From positions 10,507,916 through 10,571,915 of the forward strand of contig JARFYF010000061.1 in the NCBI GenBank assembly GCA_030265395.1: a stretch of 64,000 nt of DNA. The letters run 5' to 3'. Both the position numbers and the translations under genes were made by a program. Source of the DNA: Rhina ancylostomus. Taxonomy: Eukaryota. Shown here piece after piece: positions 52,431 through 63,890 of the stretch. A model generated the notes under the pieces. The model made no database searches, was not told where the DNA came from, and was given only the letters and a program-made list of their open reading frames with translations. Position 1 is the stretch's first letter; every line of letters begins with the position of its first letter.

Positions 52431-55400
52431 ACAAGACTTCCCTGGTCTGTATGGTACAATGTCACAATGTGACCACATATTCCCAACATAAAGCTTTTCC
52501 TTTTAATTACAGAGTTATCACTATGCAGATCTACATCAGGGGAAAAGATGTCAGGCAATACCTCAAATGTTTACTGAAGTGGCTTTGGCAACATTTGAGA
52601 CACTGGACATCCAAGTTTCACGGTGTCATCTTGTATACGAAACTGGTGGGAAGGTGGATCTCAGTGGAGAACGGGAACTGCTTCGAAATTTACAATGAAA
52701 GCAGGCGGAAAAATCAAAAATCCACAACTCCACATAAAGCCAGGCAGTGCTTAATCACATACTGCTCTGATAAAATTTCACCTTTACCCCTACTTAAGTG
52801 GAGATCATTTAGTCCAGGCCAGAATAATCCTTGGTGAATAAGCACTCCTGGCGCAAGCATTCACCTCTGGCCTGAATCAACTCATTGGACACCTGACATT
52901 CAACCTAACATCCAATTCTCTATCTAAGCTACATTTCAGCTCAGGTCCAAACGGAACCCAGAGAACGACACTTGCACCTCAGTTACGCATCCCACGGATT
53001 AACCCAAATCCACCATTTGATTTGGAACAGTTTTTGATCTCAGACACAATTCTACGTTCGATCTACACCCAATGTCACTTAAAGGTTACAGTAAGGATAT
53101 TTGATCTGCACGGGCCAAGGGTCAAACCTTAATCGCCTATGTGGTTCAGTTGTTGAAAGTCCTACACTAGATACCATTAGGAAAGGCCGTGTTACGGTTA
53201 TTTTCAACATACAAACTCTCCGAATTTCAGTAACAGTAACGTATTTCAATCTGAAGATCTCAATTAGAAACACATTTCAGGTGAAATAAAAGTACCTGGC
53301 TAGAGAGGAATAGTTACCCTTCGAAGGGCAATTCGTAAAAGTGCAAACCACACCCACCAGGCACACGAGCCACAGGTGGGTGAACGAACTCACTGCCAAG
53401 CAGTGGTGAGTTTCCAGGTTGTATAGGGGCAGTGTCCATGGGAATGTGTCAGGCAGTGCTGCTCACACAACTAACTTCCCTGCCTCAGAGAAGTTACGGT
53501 CCCTCATCATGAAAGCCCCTGTACCCGTTCCACAGCATGGGGATAGACGGATGGAAATACTTATAGATTGTTGAAGCTGGGTTTCCAGTAGATTGGAGTT
53601 GGGATAATTAAGAGTCAGGATCGGGATACGAAACCCTGTCAATATTTAGTATGCAGCCCCCGCCCCCACAACATCTCTCAATATGGGTACTTAAGCAGGG
53701 TCTCTGGTCCCGCAGTGAAAAGACTTGCTTGCCTAGTAAGGGATTTTCAGTCCTATAAATGCGGCCGGCTTATGTGGTTCCAGCATTTGTCATTATGCCA
53801 CATATTGGTCTGTTTATTCAAAAGTCAGTTGGCGTACACTTTGAAAACGGAATTTTAAAACTGAATTACCCTAGTGTTTCTCTTCAGTCAGAATTCTCCC
53901 GGTAAAGGGAACGGAACGAATGCCATCAGTACAACGAATGAATGGCAGGTGAGCAGAAAAAGAAATTTTGAATCATTGTCACGATTCAAAATCTTTTTTT
54001 GGGAAGTGGAGTGACTCGGTGTGACCGAATGACCGGGAGAAATCCTGGCCTCTCGCCATTTCCAGGGCAAATTGACCCAGACTCCTGTTGTTTGATGATT
54101 TACGGGTTCCAGCTTCGGTGTCAAATGCTCTATTAAAGATTCCTCCCACCTCCCTGAAAACCCTGTGAATAACTACTTCAAATTTCAACAACAAAAAACT
54201 CCCTGAAATATGTAACCTGCTGACAAATCATTTACATTTCAACTCAATTTTGTACTATCACTTCAGTGAGATGACTTCGTGACACGAATTCCATAGTGGT
54301 GTTCGACCTTTGGGAAAAAAAGTGCTTGAGAACCTTAATGGTTCACTGAGTAAATATTTATATTTATGCATTACATTTTTTATGTAAAATACTTTGTCAT
54401 TTTAAGGTTGTTTGGTCAGCGTTATATTGCAAGAAGGGTGTTTTATATTCTACTTTAATTTAAAGTAAATGAAAACAAAACCTCAAATATATTTGCTTTG
54501 CACAGGCAGCGTGTGTCAATCCCAAATGCCAAATTTCGACTGTAATGGAACGGCGGCGGTGAACTATATTCTTCACTGAACTCGTTAGACATTAGGGGGC
54601 ACTTAGAGTAGGTGGATTTTCGGGCAGGGGCGTTGTGGGGGGGGGGGGAAGAGGGCGAAAGTGAGACAGAGCGAGGACGGCTCGTCGCAAAGTGGACATC
54701 TCATTAGAATTCAGAACCATGTCACAGGCGGGTTTGAATGGGGAGCTCCCAATGTGGTCCGTCTGTGTTGGAAATGGGAGTGAGGGCCCCCGACAGCCCC
54801 CGCCTCCTTCCACGCGAAAATAAAGAAAAGTTAGCGTTATTTCTGCTCCACTTCACCGTTCCTGGATACCTAGAGGCCAACAGCAAACAGCTGCCACCCT
54901 TGCCTGAAAAGTGACCAAATTATCGAGAACTTGACCTCTTAAAGGGGCCAACCTAAAACCCAATCAAAAAGTCTGGAATGCTAATCTGCCTGCACATTCC
55001 GCGCCGGTTGGGTTTTGAGTGTAATCTAATAAAGGAATGTTTAATCTATTTAAGCTAAATGGCTGTCTTTCGCGAACCCCTCGCTTTAAACGATCAATGA
55101 GAACCCTGAGATTTGCACAACAGATTTTAAGACGTCTAGGCAACGTGCTGCCTTGATGTAATGAGATGAAAGCGATTTAACATTTTATTCCTGCATAAAC
55201 TCAACTCTTCTGCTTCGAAATGAGTTCAACTAGCATGACAATTAGCGTTTTAAAAAAATCGGCAATAAGTGTCTGCAATGGGGGAATGAAAGCAAGAGCA
55301 GTTCATCTTATAGAAAGGGAGATTACTCACGTCGCTTCGCGGCCTGTTTTAATGGTATTGTCTCGAGTCGACCTGATGACTGTGACCACGAGTTTTCTTT

Positions 55401-55456
55401 TCTGACTCTTTGCATTTTGGTCATCTTTTGTTCGCTCTTGCTCTCCTCGAAGCTGT

Positions 55457-55545
55457 GGAAGTGGATTCTACTTTCGGTTATCTAGCTTTATGATAGATCA
55501 TCAATACTCATACAGCTAGATAACCAAAGACAGCAGCCAACTTCC
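55457..55545 (-). ncRNA. mir-9: microRNA miR-9 precursor hairpin
   Basis: Minus strand: GGAAGTTGGCTGCTG-TCTTTGGTTATCTAGCTGTATGA (miR-9-5p, 55530-55508)-GTATTGATGATCTATC (loop)-ATAAAGCTAGATAACCGAAAGT (miR-9-3p, 55491-55470)-AGAATCCACTTCC. Both mature arms are identical to vertebrate miR-9 and the basal stem GGAAG.TGG/CCA.CTTCC pairs. Confidence 0.99.
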
Positions 55546-55592
55546 GCTCCACATCTCAGGCGGTGGAACAGGGGTCAAGAAGATTTTTCCAT

Positions 55593-55624
55593 CTGTCATC
55601 AAAGAAGGAAGAGAAAATATCAGC
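55593..55624 (-). promoter_or_regulatory. 3' splice acceptor of a putative miR-9 host exon
   Basis: Minus strand GCTGAT-ATTTTCTCTTCCTTCTTT-GATGACAG|ATGG: branch-point-like CTGAT (A at 55620), pyrimidine tract, AG at 55594-55593. Confidence 0.65.
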
Positions 55625-55815
55625 AGCGAGCAACTGGCGGCTCCTCGCACCTCTCCCTCTGCGAGCTCGACACACTAGGTTCTGCATTTCTACAGGGTCA
55701 GAAGGAAGACGCTTAGCACGAACAGATCTTAACATTTTTTTTGCATTCAATCCATGATCTGACCTGACTCTCCCACAGCCAAGATTGAACGTTCTGTCTC
55801 TCTCACACACCACAC

Positions 55816-55817
<2 letters not shown>

Positions 55818-55859
<42 letters not shown>
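55818..55859. repeat. (AC)21 microsatellite
   Basis: Direct inspection. Confidence 0.95.
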
Positions 55860-55861
<2 letters not shown>

Positions 55862-57427
55862 ACCCACGCACAAGATCCACTGCTATTCACATGCTAATTG
55901 GTCTTTCAGTGGTGACGGAACTACAGCGGCAACCAATCCCTGTCTTGCACCGGCTTTAGTCAAATCACCAAGATTTCCCGCTTTTTTTTGTTGCAGATAT
56001 TACCTCCAATTCAAATTGAGTCTGTCACAATTCACTATCTCAACCCTAGGATCTAAAGGGATGTTCGATTAAAACGATCCCTCCAAAGGTCGCAAGCGAG
56101 ATTGCCCGAAGAAATTCCACAATTCCAACATTAAGAATATATTCCTAACCAATCAGGAGCCAGGGTCCAGTGGTGGGAGATTTCAAATTAAACACGAACC
56201 TTCTTTGAATATTAAATTACGTCCTTTCTCTAATCCAGCTACAGGCACAAGCATTTGTTTTAACTATTTAGGAGTTAATTCTTCAAAAAAAAATTAGCAA
56301 AAACAGATCTCACTTCTAACAGTGGTTACTTGCCGCAGTAAAAATCAAAGTAGATTGACTGTCTCGTGTTCAAGATTGCAAGGAATTAGTCGGGTTCAAA
56401 CCGGTGCTGAATTAGGGCAACGCACGATTATCGTCTTTCTTGCATTTTAAAAAATATATATTTTATTTAATTGCTGCAATTACATCTTATTCGCATGTTT
56501 TATTACTCATAAAATGAAAGTTTCTCGCGAATCTCGGCCGCTCATTTCATTCCTTCTCACGACGTCCCCCCATGGCAGCAAAAAGTTCCAGGATGGGATT
56601 TGCAAATAGACTTCACTGGCAAATGAACAGGCTCATTATACATGGTCTGCAATTAGAGCGCCAGGCTTGGATTCCCTGTAGAATCCCCAGAGCGCAGCTA
56701 TAAAAGAGCTTACTCAAAAATAAAAATCGTCAAACTACAGTATAAGCCACGAGCCATGTACTCGGTATTCATTTTCATCCTGAATAATTAGCGTACATTT
56801 CTGTCACAAAGTAAACCTGGTCCGTTTATTAACCAGGGACAACACCGACCACAATCTAAGCGGAAAGCAGAAAAGTGCATGAAAATGGAAGACAAAATCA
56901 AATGCCTTCAATTCTACCTTATTTGCATATTTCTAGGCTGCATTTTAATAATGAGCTCTACGTCATTTTGGTAAAAATAACCAAACGCACTGACCCCGAT
57001 TCACCCCCAGGATTTTTCTGCTTTTGCCAATAATCTCCGGTTTCCATCAACGTATGGAAACTAAAACCACAATGGGGGTAAATGGGGATAATAAATACAT
57101 AAATCTCTGCCAAAATCTATAGCCCGCATTCAGACAGATGTGAAATTGTTGTTTCAAAATTAATTAATGTGAGAATTAGATATTCCTGTGCACTGCTGTT
57201 AAAGCTAATGTGACGTTTAAAGATGGAAGCGGGAATTTTTTTCTGTTGAAATAGTAATTCGCAAATTAAGGCCATAAATGTACTTTATTAGATTTACAGA
57301 AAATGTTCACGGTTAATAATACGGTTCTGAATATTGGATGGTTGGGGTTAACATGGGATTAGTGATAGAGTGATAGGAATCGCTTAATTTTGTTTCAAGT
57401 CTCGACGACAGCAAATCGTCAAATTAT

Positions 57428-57437
57428 CTAAATATAG
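57428..57437. promoter_or_regulatory. MEF2 consensus site
   Basis: CTAAATATAG fits CTA(A/T)4TAG. It lies next to GGATTA, TGCGTCA and CTTTGT motifs, about 1.9 kb upstream of the hairpin. Confidence 0.35.
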
Positions 57438-57681
57438 GTGAGGGATTAATTGCAAACAACCAGGCTGCTTGCGTCATAGCCTTTGTCAACTCTGTCTCTC
57501 GTCCCGGTCTTAACCTGGCCGAAAGAATTCTTGAACGGTTTAGGATTCTGTATAAACTCATAAATGGAAAAGTAGAGGGGATTTCAGAAATTCGTTTGAT
57601 GTATAGAATTACCATATGCAAATAAGCACCTCGAAATCAAATGCATCTTTGATATTAGCTTTTGATATATATCTATCTTTG

Positions 57682-57685
<4 letters not shown>

Positions 57686-57721
<36 letters not shown>
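57686..57721. repeat. (TA)n microsatellite
   Basis: Direct inspection. Confidence 0.95.
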
Positions 57722-57725
<4 letters not shown>

Positions 57726-58261
57726 AAATGAGAGGAACGGAATAGTTGTTTCAATTTTGTCTGTGCTGCATATATAAATTCAACTTCAGAAGTATATAAC
57801 TTGGTAGATTGATTAATAACCTCATGACATAAGTAACTAAATTTTCAATAGGCATTTCCCACAAGAAATGTATCCAAACATTGCATTTATATACAATGAA
57901 CCAGCTGGAAAGTCAAAGCTCCTTTTGTATTTAAATACATTGGAAAAAAAGAGAAATGAACTCTTTCATTGTCCTTTATCGTTTTTACCACATTTGAGCA
58001 TCTGTCTTAATCTAAAGCAACGCCTCAGTTTAGTTTGGTGACTGGGATTCTAGATTCCCGTATTATAAGAAACTCTACGCCGCAAAAGAATAATAAACAC
58101 GCCCAGGTGTAATCATGGAATAATTTTCCGTGAATCCTGCGCAGCAGCTCTATCACACTGCCAGTACTTAAGTTCTTGAGTCTCTTCATTTTAACTTCAC
58201 TCGTGGAAATACCACAACATTTATAATGGAAATTAAGATAAGCAATGTTGCTGAAATTGAG

Positions 58262-58391
58262 TACTTTTGCATTCTGTATTGTTTTACTTGTACTACCTTA
58301 ATGCACTGTATAATGAATTGATCTGTACGAACAAGACAAGTTTTTCACTGTACCTCGGTACAAGTGACAATAATAAACCAATTCCAATTCC
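58262..58391 (+). mobile_element. 5'-truncated Rex1-type LINE 3' end with 8-bp target-site duplication
   Basis: 'tttttcactgtacctcggtacaagtgacaataataaaccaattccaattcc' terminus, flanked by AAATTGAG at 58254-58261 and 58392-58399. Confidence 0.8.
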
Positions 58392-60739
58392 AAATTGAGG
58401 ATGGCTAAAGAATTTCTCAGTTTTATTTTTGAAGGAAGAGAGAGAAAACTGGAGTAATTCCCCACCCACCTTCCTTAGGTTCAGGCCCCAAAGTGCAAGT
58501 CTTTGAGTTCAGCCATCTAACCCAAATAGTTGTTCCAAAACAAAAGCTTATCTACTCTCGCCTTCAAATCAGTACTTTGGTAATTATTCCAAAAGTAAGT
58601 TTTCTATTTCGAATTTAAGGAATTCAAAAACAATTCGTTACATTAAAAATACGTACAAGAAAGGTGTGACGGATCTCCTCAATGACTCTTTAAACACTCC
58701 AGTATTATCAATTCCAATGCATCCCACAAAATAAACATGGATTATCATCTTGATAAAAAAATTTTTTTTTTCAAATTTGATGATCATTTTATTGGAAAGA
58801 AAAGAATTCTAACAAAATGATCTTTTTTTTTAGAAAGAGTCCATCTGGTTCCTACAATTACTAAAGATATTTTAATATATTCTGCGGATGACGCCCACTG
58901 TTCAAATCCGATTATACTGATTTGTTCCATCGATGTCTAAATCCGAAATCGTTTGCCTCGGATTGTTTGAGACATGGTTTTTAGGAAGGGACGGTTCAAC
59001 AAAACAGATCGCTCCGATTTAAATTTGTTTTAATGATTCGGGCAGGTGGAAATAATTTGAACCGAATCGTCTGGAACTTTTTGATGCAGTTCCCTTGCGT
59101 CGAGACAACGGTCCTGTGGCTATAGGTTAGGATATCCCAGTTACACTTCCTATTGGGTATCTTAACCCAAGTTGTGGAGCCATTTCTGCCTAGAATTGAT
59201 ACACATTGATCTTCTTTAGCAGTGATTGATTTTTAATCAGTTTTGAAGCATAATAAAAACTCAAGTTCTTAAAATCGTGGGCTTTACTGAAATTGGTAAG
59301 AGCTCTCTCAGAAACTCTGCAGTCCCAATGCCTAACCAAGTAACATAGGGTGATTTAACAGATATCAAATAAATAGTCGTTTTCTTTATAGTTTCACCCG
59401 AATATCTCGAAACAGCTGTAAACAACTTTGTTCCAACAAAAAAAATCTAAAGTACGTCATTGAACAGTCAATAAGGGCAAAGCCATGAGATCAGCTGCTA
59501 AAATAAAAGTGTTAGCCTGGATAAACCGGACACCTCATCCATGATCCTTCAAGTTAAACAAATGCACTCTTCCCTGAAGTCAACACCTCTTGAAACAATT
59601 TGTACATCCCGACTCCACCCCCGGGCGACCCCCCCCCCCCCCAAGGTACTGAAGCAGGACACAGATTGATTTTAGATTACTTTGCGTCTCTTCAAAATCA
59701 AAAGAACCGAACAGTGATGTGTTTTCGTAAATTCAAATGAGACTCTGTTGCTCTACAGAAATTAGTATTCGGAATATTTACAGCAGCAGCCTATAAAATA
59801 CAACTTTTAACAAAGAGAAACAATGGCTATTGCAAAGCTAATTTCAGGCAGTTATCTTAATACGTTTTCATTGTTTTTTTAAAGTGCACAGTTGGAATTC
59901 ATTCACTTTTTTCACAATTAGAAGATTCTAGTATGATTTTAAGAAATAATAATTTTTGGTTATTATTTTAAAATCTATTTGAATAGTCAAAGTTTTTATA
60001 AATCTTTGAGAGCCATGTTGAGGTGCCAAATGCTCAGGAATACAGTCGATTAGATACTGAACGGCTGCTTTAAAAATCAAAAATTTCAATGTATTTTTAA
60101 TGCCATTCAGTGCAACGTTTTGCAGAAACAGGCGGATATTAAAATTATTGAGATTTTTATTATAACATTTTCAACGTGGCCTTAATCTTTGTTTTATTTC
60201 GCATTTGTGATTCAATTAATTTAGACGAACAGGGATTTCTTTTTCGGGGGGGGGGGTGTTCTACCATCAAGACTACAAAATCTTTGTGTGTCACGATTCA
60301 CGTGTAACATGGATTTTGAATATAACTTACGGGATTTCTATTTGGAGGATAGAAGTGTATTGGTATGTATAAACTGAGGCAATAACATTAAAAACAGTAG
60401 AATGTTTTTGCATCCGTTGTGAAATATGTGCATTGAACAAAGAGAATAAATGAGAAAACTGTACTGGTATTTTGAAATGCTCTAACATTCTTTTCATGTT
60501 ACTCTCATCAGAGAACATTGCACTGTTTTAGATGAAGTTCATATCACAAAAAATCTGAGGGCCGAGTGTTATGTCAGTCAAATCTGGCATGCCAATTGCA
60601 GAATAATGTCCAATAAAAATGGATTCATTATGCAACATTTGTTTAAGAAGAGCAAAACTCTGATCCCCTCACTCCTTGTCATATCAAGGGCACCTTATTG
60701 TTCAGATAATGAGATGTTTTATTAAACTAATATTCCTTC

Positions 60740-60842
60740 CAATACCATTGTGAACACACTTCAAAAGTACCTCATTGGCTGCAAAGTGCTTTGGGGTGTT
60801 CCGATATCATTAAAGGTGCCATATGAGTGCAAATCGTTCTTT
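60740..60842 (+). mobile_element. Deu-SINE 3' fragment
   Basis: 'acacttcaaaagtacctcattggctgcaaagtgctttggggtgttcc..aaaggtgccatatgagtgcaaatcgttcttt'. Confidence 0.7.
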
Positions 60843-63800
60843 AATAACAGATAGATTTTTAAAACAATATTACACCATTAGATACTCTAAAAAGGCAGTT
60901 ATTATATGAAGTAAATTTATTGGAATTTATTTTTTATGAATGTAATTGGTTTGAAGAAATATATTGTTAGATACATTTTGAGAACTTCTAAATTAACATT
61001 TAGGATAAAAATATATGCCACGCAAAGTGAGTGCATGTTTTAAGAAAATTCGCTTAACTTCTACCGTATGCATATATGTGTAGAGGTACGTGTATGTGCA
61101 CGCATGTAAAAAGCTGCATTTATCTATATAGACATTCGCATTTTGAGGGTACATAATCTTTAAAGACATACAGTTGTATTTGCGTGTGGAGGTGCATATA
61201 TATGAGGGAATATGCATAGAGATAATTCATATTCTTTTGCAGATATATAATCTATATTTATGATATATGCACATATGGATGTCTGTAGGGGTCTATGCAT
61301 ACCATATGTGGTTATGGCATTAGCAAGTCCCTTCTGTTATTGGAATATTTAGAGCAGCAGAGCATTTTAGCAGACCCACGGTCTACAAACCGAGGGTTGA
61401 TGCCAGTAAAATATGTTCTAATATTCTTATCCCCCACTCCCGCCTCTCAAAACAGAACTGTTTGATAAAGAATACTTGTGTCATGTTTCACAGCGTCAGG
61501 TGTTAAAAGGATTAGCGTTCTACGGGGTTAAATGTCATGACGATTGACATCTTCTTAAGATTGACACCAACTACCGCAGCGCGAGCTGAGTTTGCCCAGT
61601 TCCATCTTTGAAAAAAAATAGATAACGTTAATCATTTCCATTGTAGAAGCAGATTGTAGTTGTTGCTTGGTCCAAAATCTGAATCGTAGAACAACAGAAA
61701 CACAGACGCAGGCTCGCTGTCTCATTATCTGAACCAAGAGTGCTGGCCCGGGTGCTGCAATTGCTCTGTTCCTATAAGCAAAGTCTGTTTCCAATTAGTC
61801 TCGGCGAGGTTTTATCATGTTACCTTAACACAACATCTATACTTCNNNNNNNNNNNNNNNNNNNNNNNNNNNNNNNNNNNNNNNNNNNNNNNNNNNNNNN
61901 NNNNNNNNNNNNNNNNNNNNNNNNNNNNNNNNNNNNNNNNNNNNNTTAGCAATTTTATATAATAGGCCTCTCTGCTGCGGTTAAATTGTGAGGAATATCT
62001 CCCAGGTGATCCGTGCACGTAACATGTTCCATGCAATATTCAGTGTGGTGGATGGAAAAATAGTTCAAAGAGATCCATTGCACTCCACCTCAACTTAACA
62101 CGGGCATCTGAAATAAAAATCCTTTTACCCCGGGTTATTGGTTTACAGCAATCCTGACAAGAAATCAGAATTCGCCCCACCCCCAACAAAGTTTGCTAAA
62201 TCCCTGCTATTTCCAAGCAACGAATATTATATATTTGCCCTTGAGTTATTCATATTTATAAATACATCAGGCAGGAGATAATCAGTTCACATAATCACGC
62301 TGAGAAGCAAATACAGTCCCCATTGTACGTACATTACGTCTGACGCACTTTCTTTATAATTATTACAAGTTATTTTTAGTAAAACCTCAAGTAACCCATG
62401 CTTTTAAATGCTCTCAATGATTCTTCTTTTAATTACTGTAATGCGTGCTCTCCATGCTCCCAACAGCTACTAAATGTAAGTAAGGCTTATCAGAAATTGG
62501 CTCAAAAATGGTGGTGTCAGTCAGGATTGTGATAATGTGGCATTTCTTCCATTATTTATAGCTGATACTAACAGGGCCAGTTTACTCCCAACGGCCTCTT
62601 GTTCATCTTAACTTGGCTGAAATGTAAGCAGTACATAACTATCAGTGTCTGACCTGTTCTAATTAACATCCAATTACTCTTTTGCGCCTGTTGTTCTATT
62701 TCAAATCAAATCTTTCACAAAACAAAACATATTTACTTCCCCCTTTACACTTGTATTAGGTTTGATACCTGGAAGCAGTTACAATATTGAAGTATTAACA
62801 TAAGGAATGCAAAACCTTTGCCGCAAGAAAAAGATCAAATCACTTAGAACAATGCAGCTGAAATTAACATGTAACAAACTGGGAGGGGGAACAGAGAACA
62901 AACTAAAATTAGCAATCAAGTAAAGTCGGAATCTAACTCACAGCGTACAATAATCCAAAAGTAATGAATTCCAAACGTAGACTTTAAATTCACCCAGACC
63001 CCAGCAACGCCTTCATCTCCAAGGCCCACAGACACTTATACAAAATTATACCTCGATCAAATTGGCGTCAGGCGAATCCCATCCAGGAATGAATTGACCT
63101 TCCCTACATGGATTTCCTTTCAGGAATTCCGAAGGTGGAACCAGCTGCAAAGAGACGAGTTGGATAAGTTGGAATAATGCGGTCTGCCCGTCTCTTATAA
63201 TGACCACAAGAATGGTCTTTGGAAGGGGCGGGGTGTTGGTGAGTCGGGGTGGGGGTGGTAGTAAGGCCAGGGAAGGTGACTGCCTTCCCATCTTGTGCAC
63301 AGACTTGGCCGTGAACTGCGGCGTCAGCGCCGAGAAGAATAGAGAGCCGCCGATGACCGTGGCCTTGCCCTAATCCCCCTCTTCGCCCCCCTCCCCCACA
63401 GAGTGGAGGGGAAGAAGGGGAGGGAGGGGTGATGAAACAATGAAAAGGTGCCTCACCCGCCTAGTTACCAATAAATAATGACCTCAGGATGGGTCAAGCA
63501 ATAGACACCAAGTTTAACGCCGCTTCCTCGGCCTATTACAGGAACACATGTCCAGTCGCTGCTCTAACTTTAAACCTGCCTGTTTAATGCGAGGTCGCTT
63601 CCCCTCTTTGTCTCAGATTAATCCCTCAAACTTTAGGCGGAAAGCGCATCGATATTTGCACAGAGGACCCGACGAAATGGAAGACTCGGTACCAGCCCGG
63701 CACAGCTCAGCACGGCAGCGAGGATTTCGGTGGAAGCTCGCCTTGCACCAGCAAATGGTGGCTCACAAAATAGAGATCCTATTCCTTGAGGATACTGATG

Positions 63801-63890
63801 GCTATATTTCAAATGCCAGCGATCGTAGGGGATGTGGGGGGTGGTGGGGGGAGGGCTAGCGGGGAGCTTTCTTCGTCCCTCTTGACCTGT

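Larger units (their letters stand above)
4047..61945. other. Assembly gaps (N runs)
   Basis: N runs at 4047-4056, 19531-19630, 31453-31552, 41740-41743, 44849-45072, 45761-45860, 47903-48002 and 61846-61945. Confidence 0.98.

Noticed and set aside
42382-56411. REST/RE1 sites (TTCAGCACC at 42382-42390; GGTGCTGAA at 56403-56411)
   Set aside because: Only left half-sites; the GGACAG right half is missing.
57676-57684. TCTTTGGTT, matching the first 9 nt of miR-9-5p
   Set aside because: The match stops there, runs into (TA)n and has no complementary arm.
63220-63430. G-quadruplex-capable G-tracts (also about 63828-63864)
   Set aside because: Present, but commonplace in CpG-island DNA; nothing specific supports a function.
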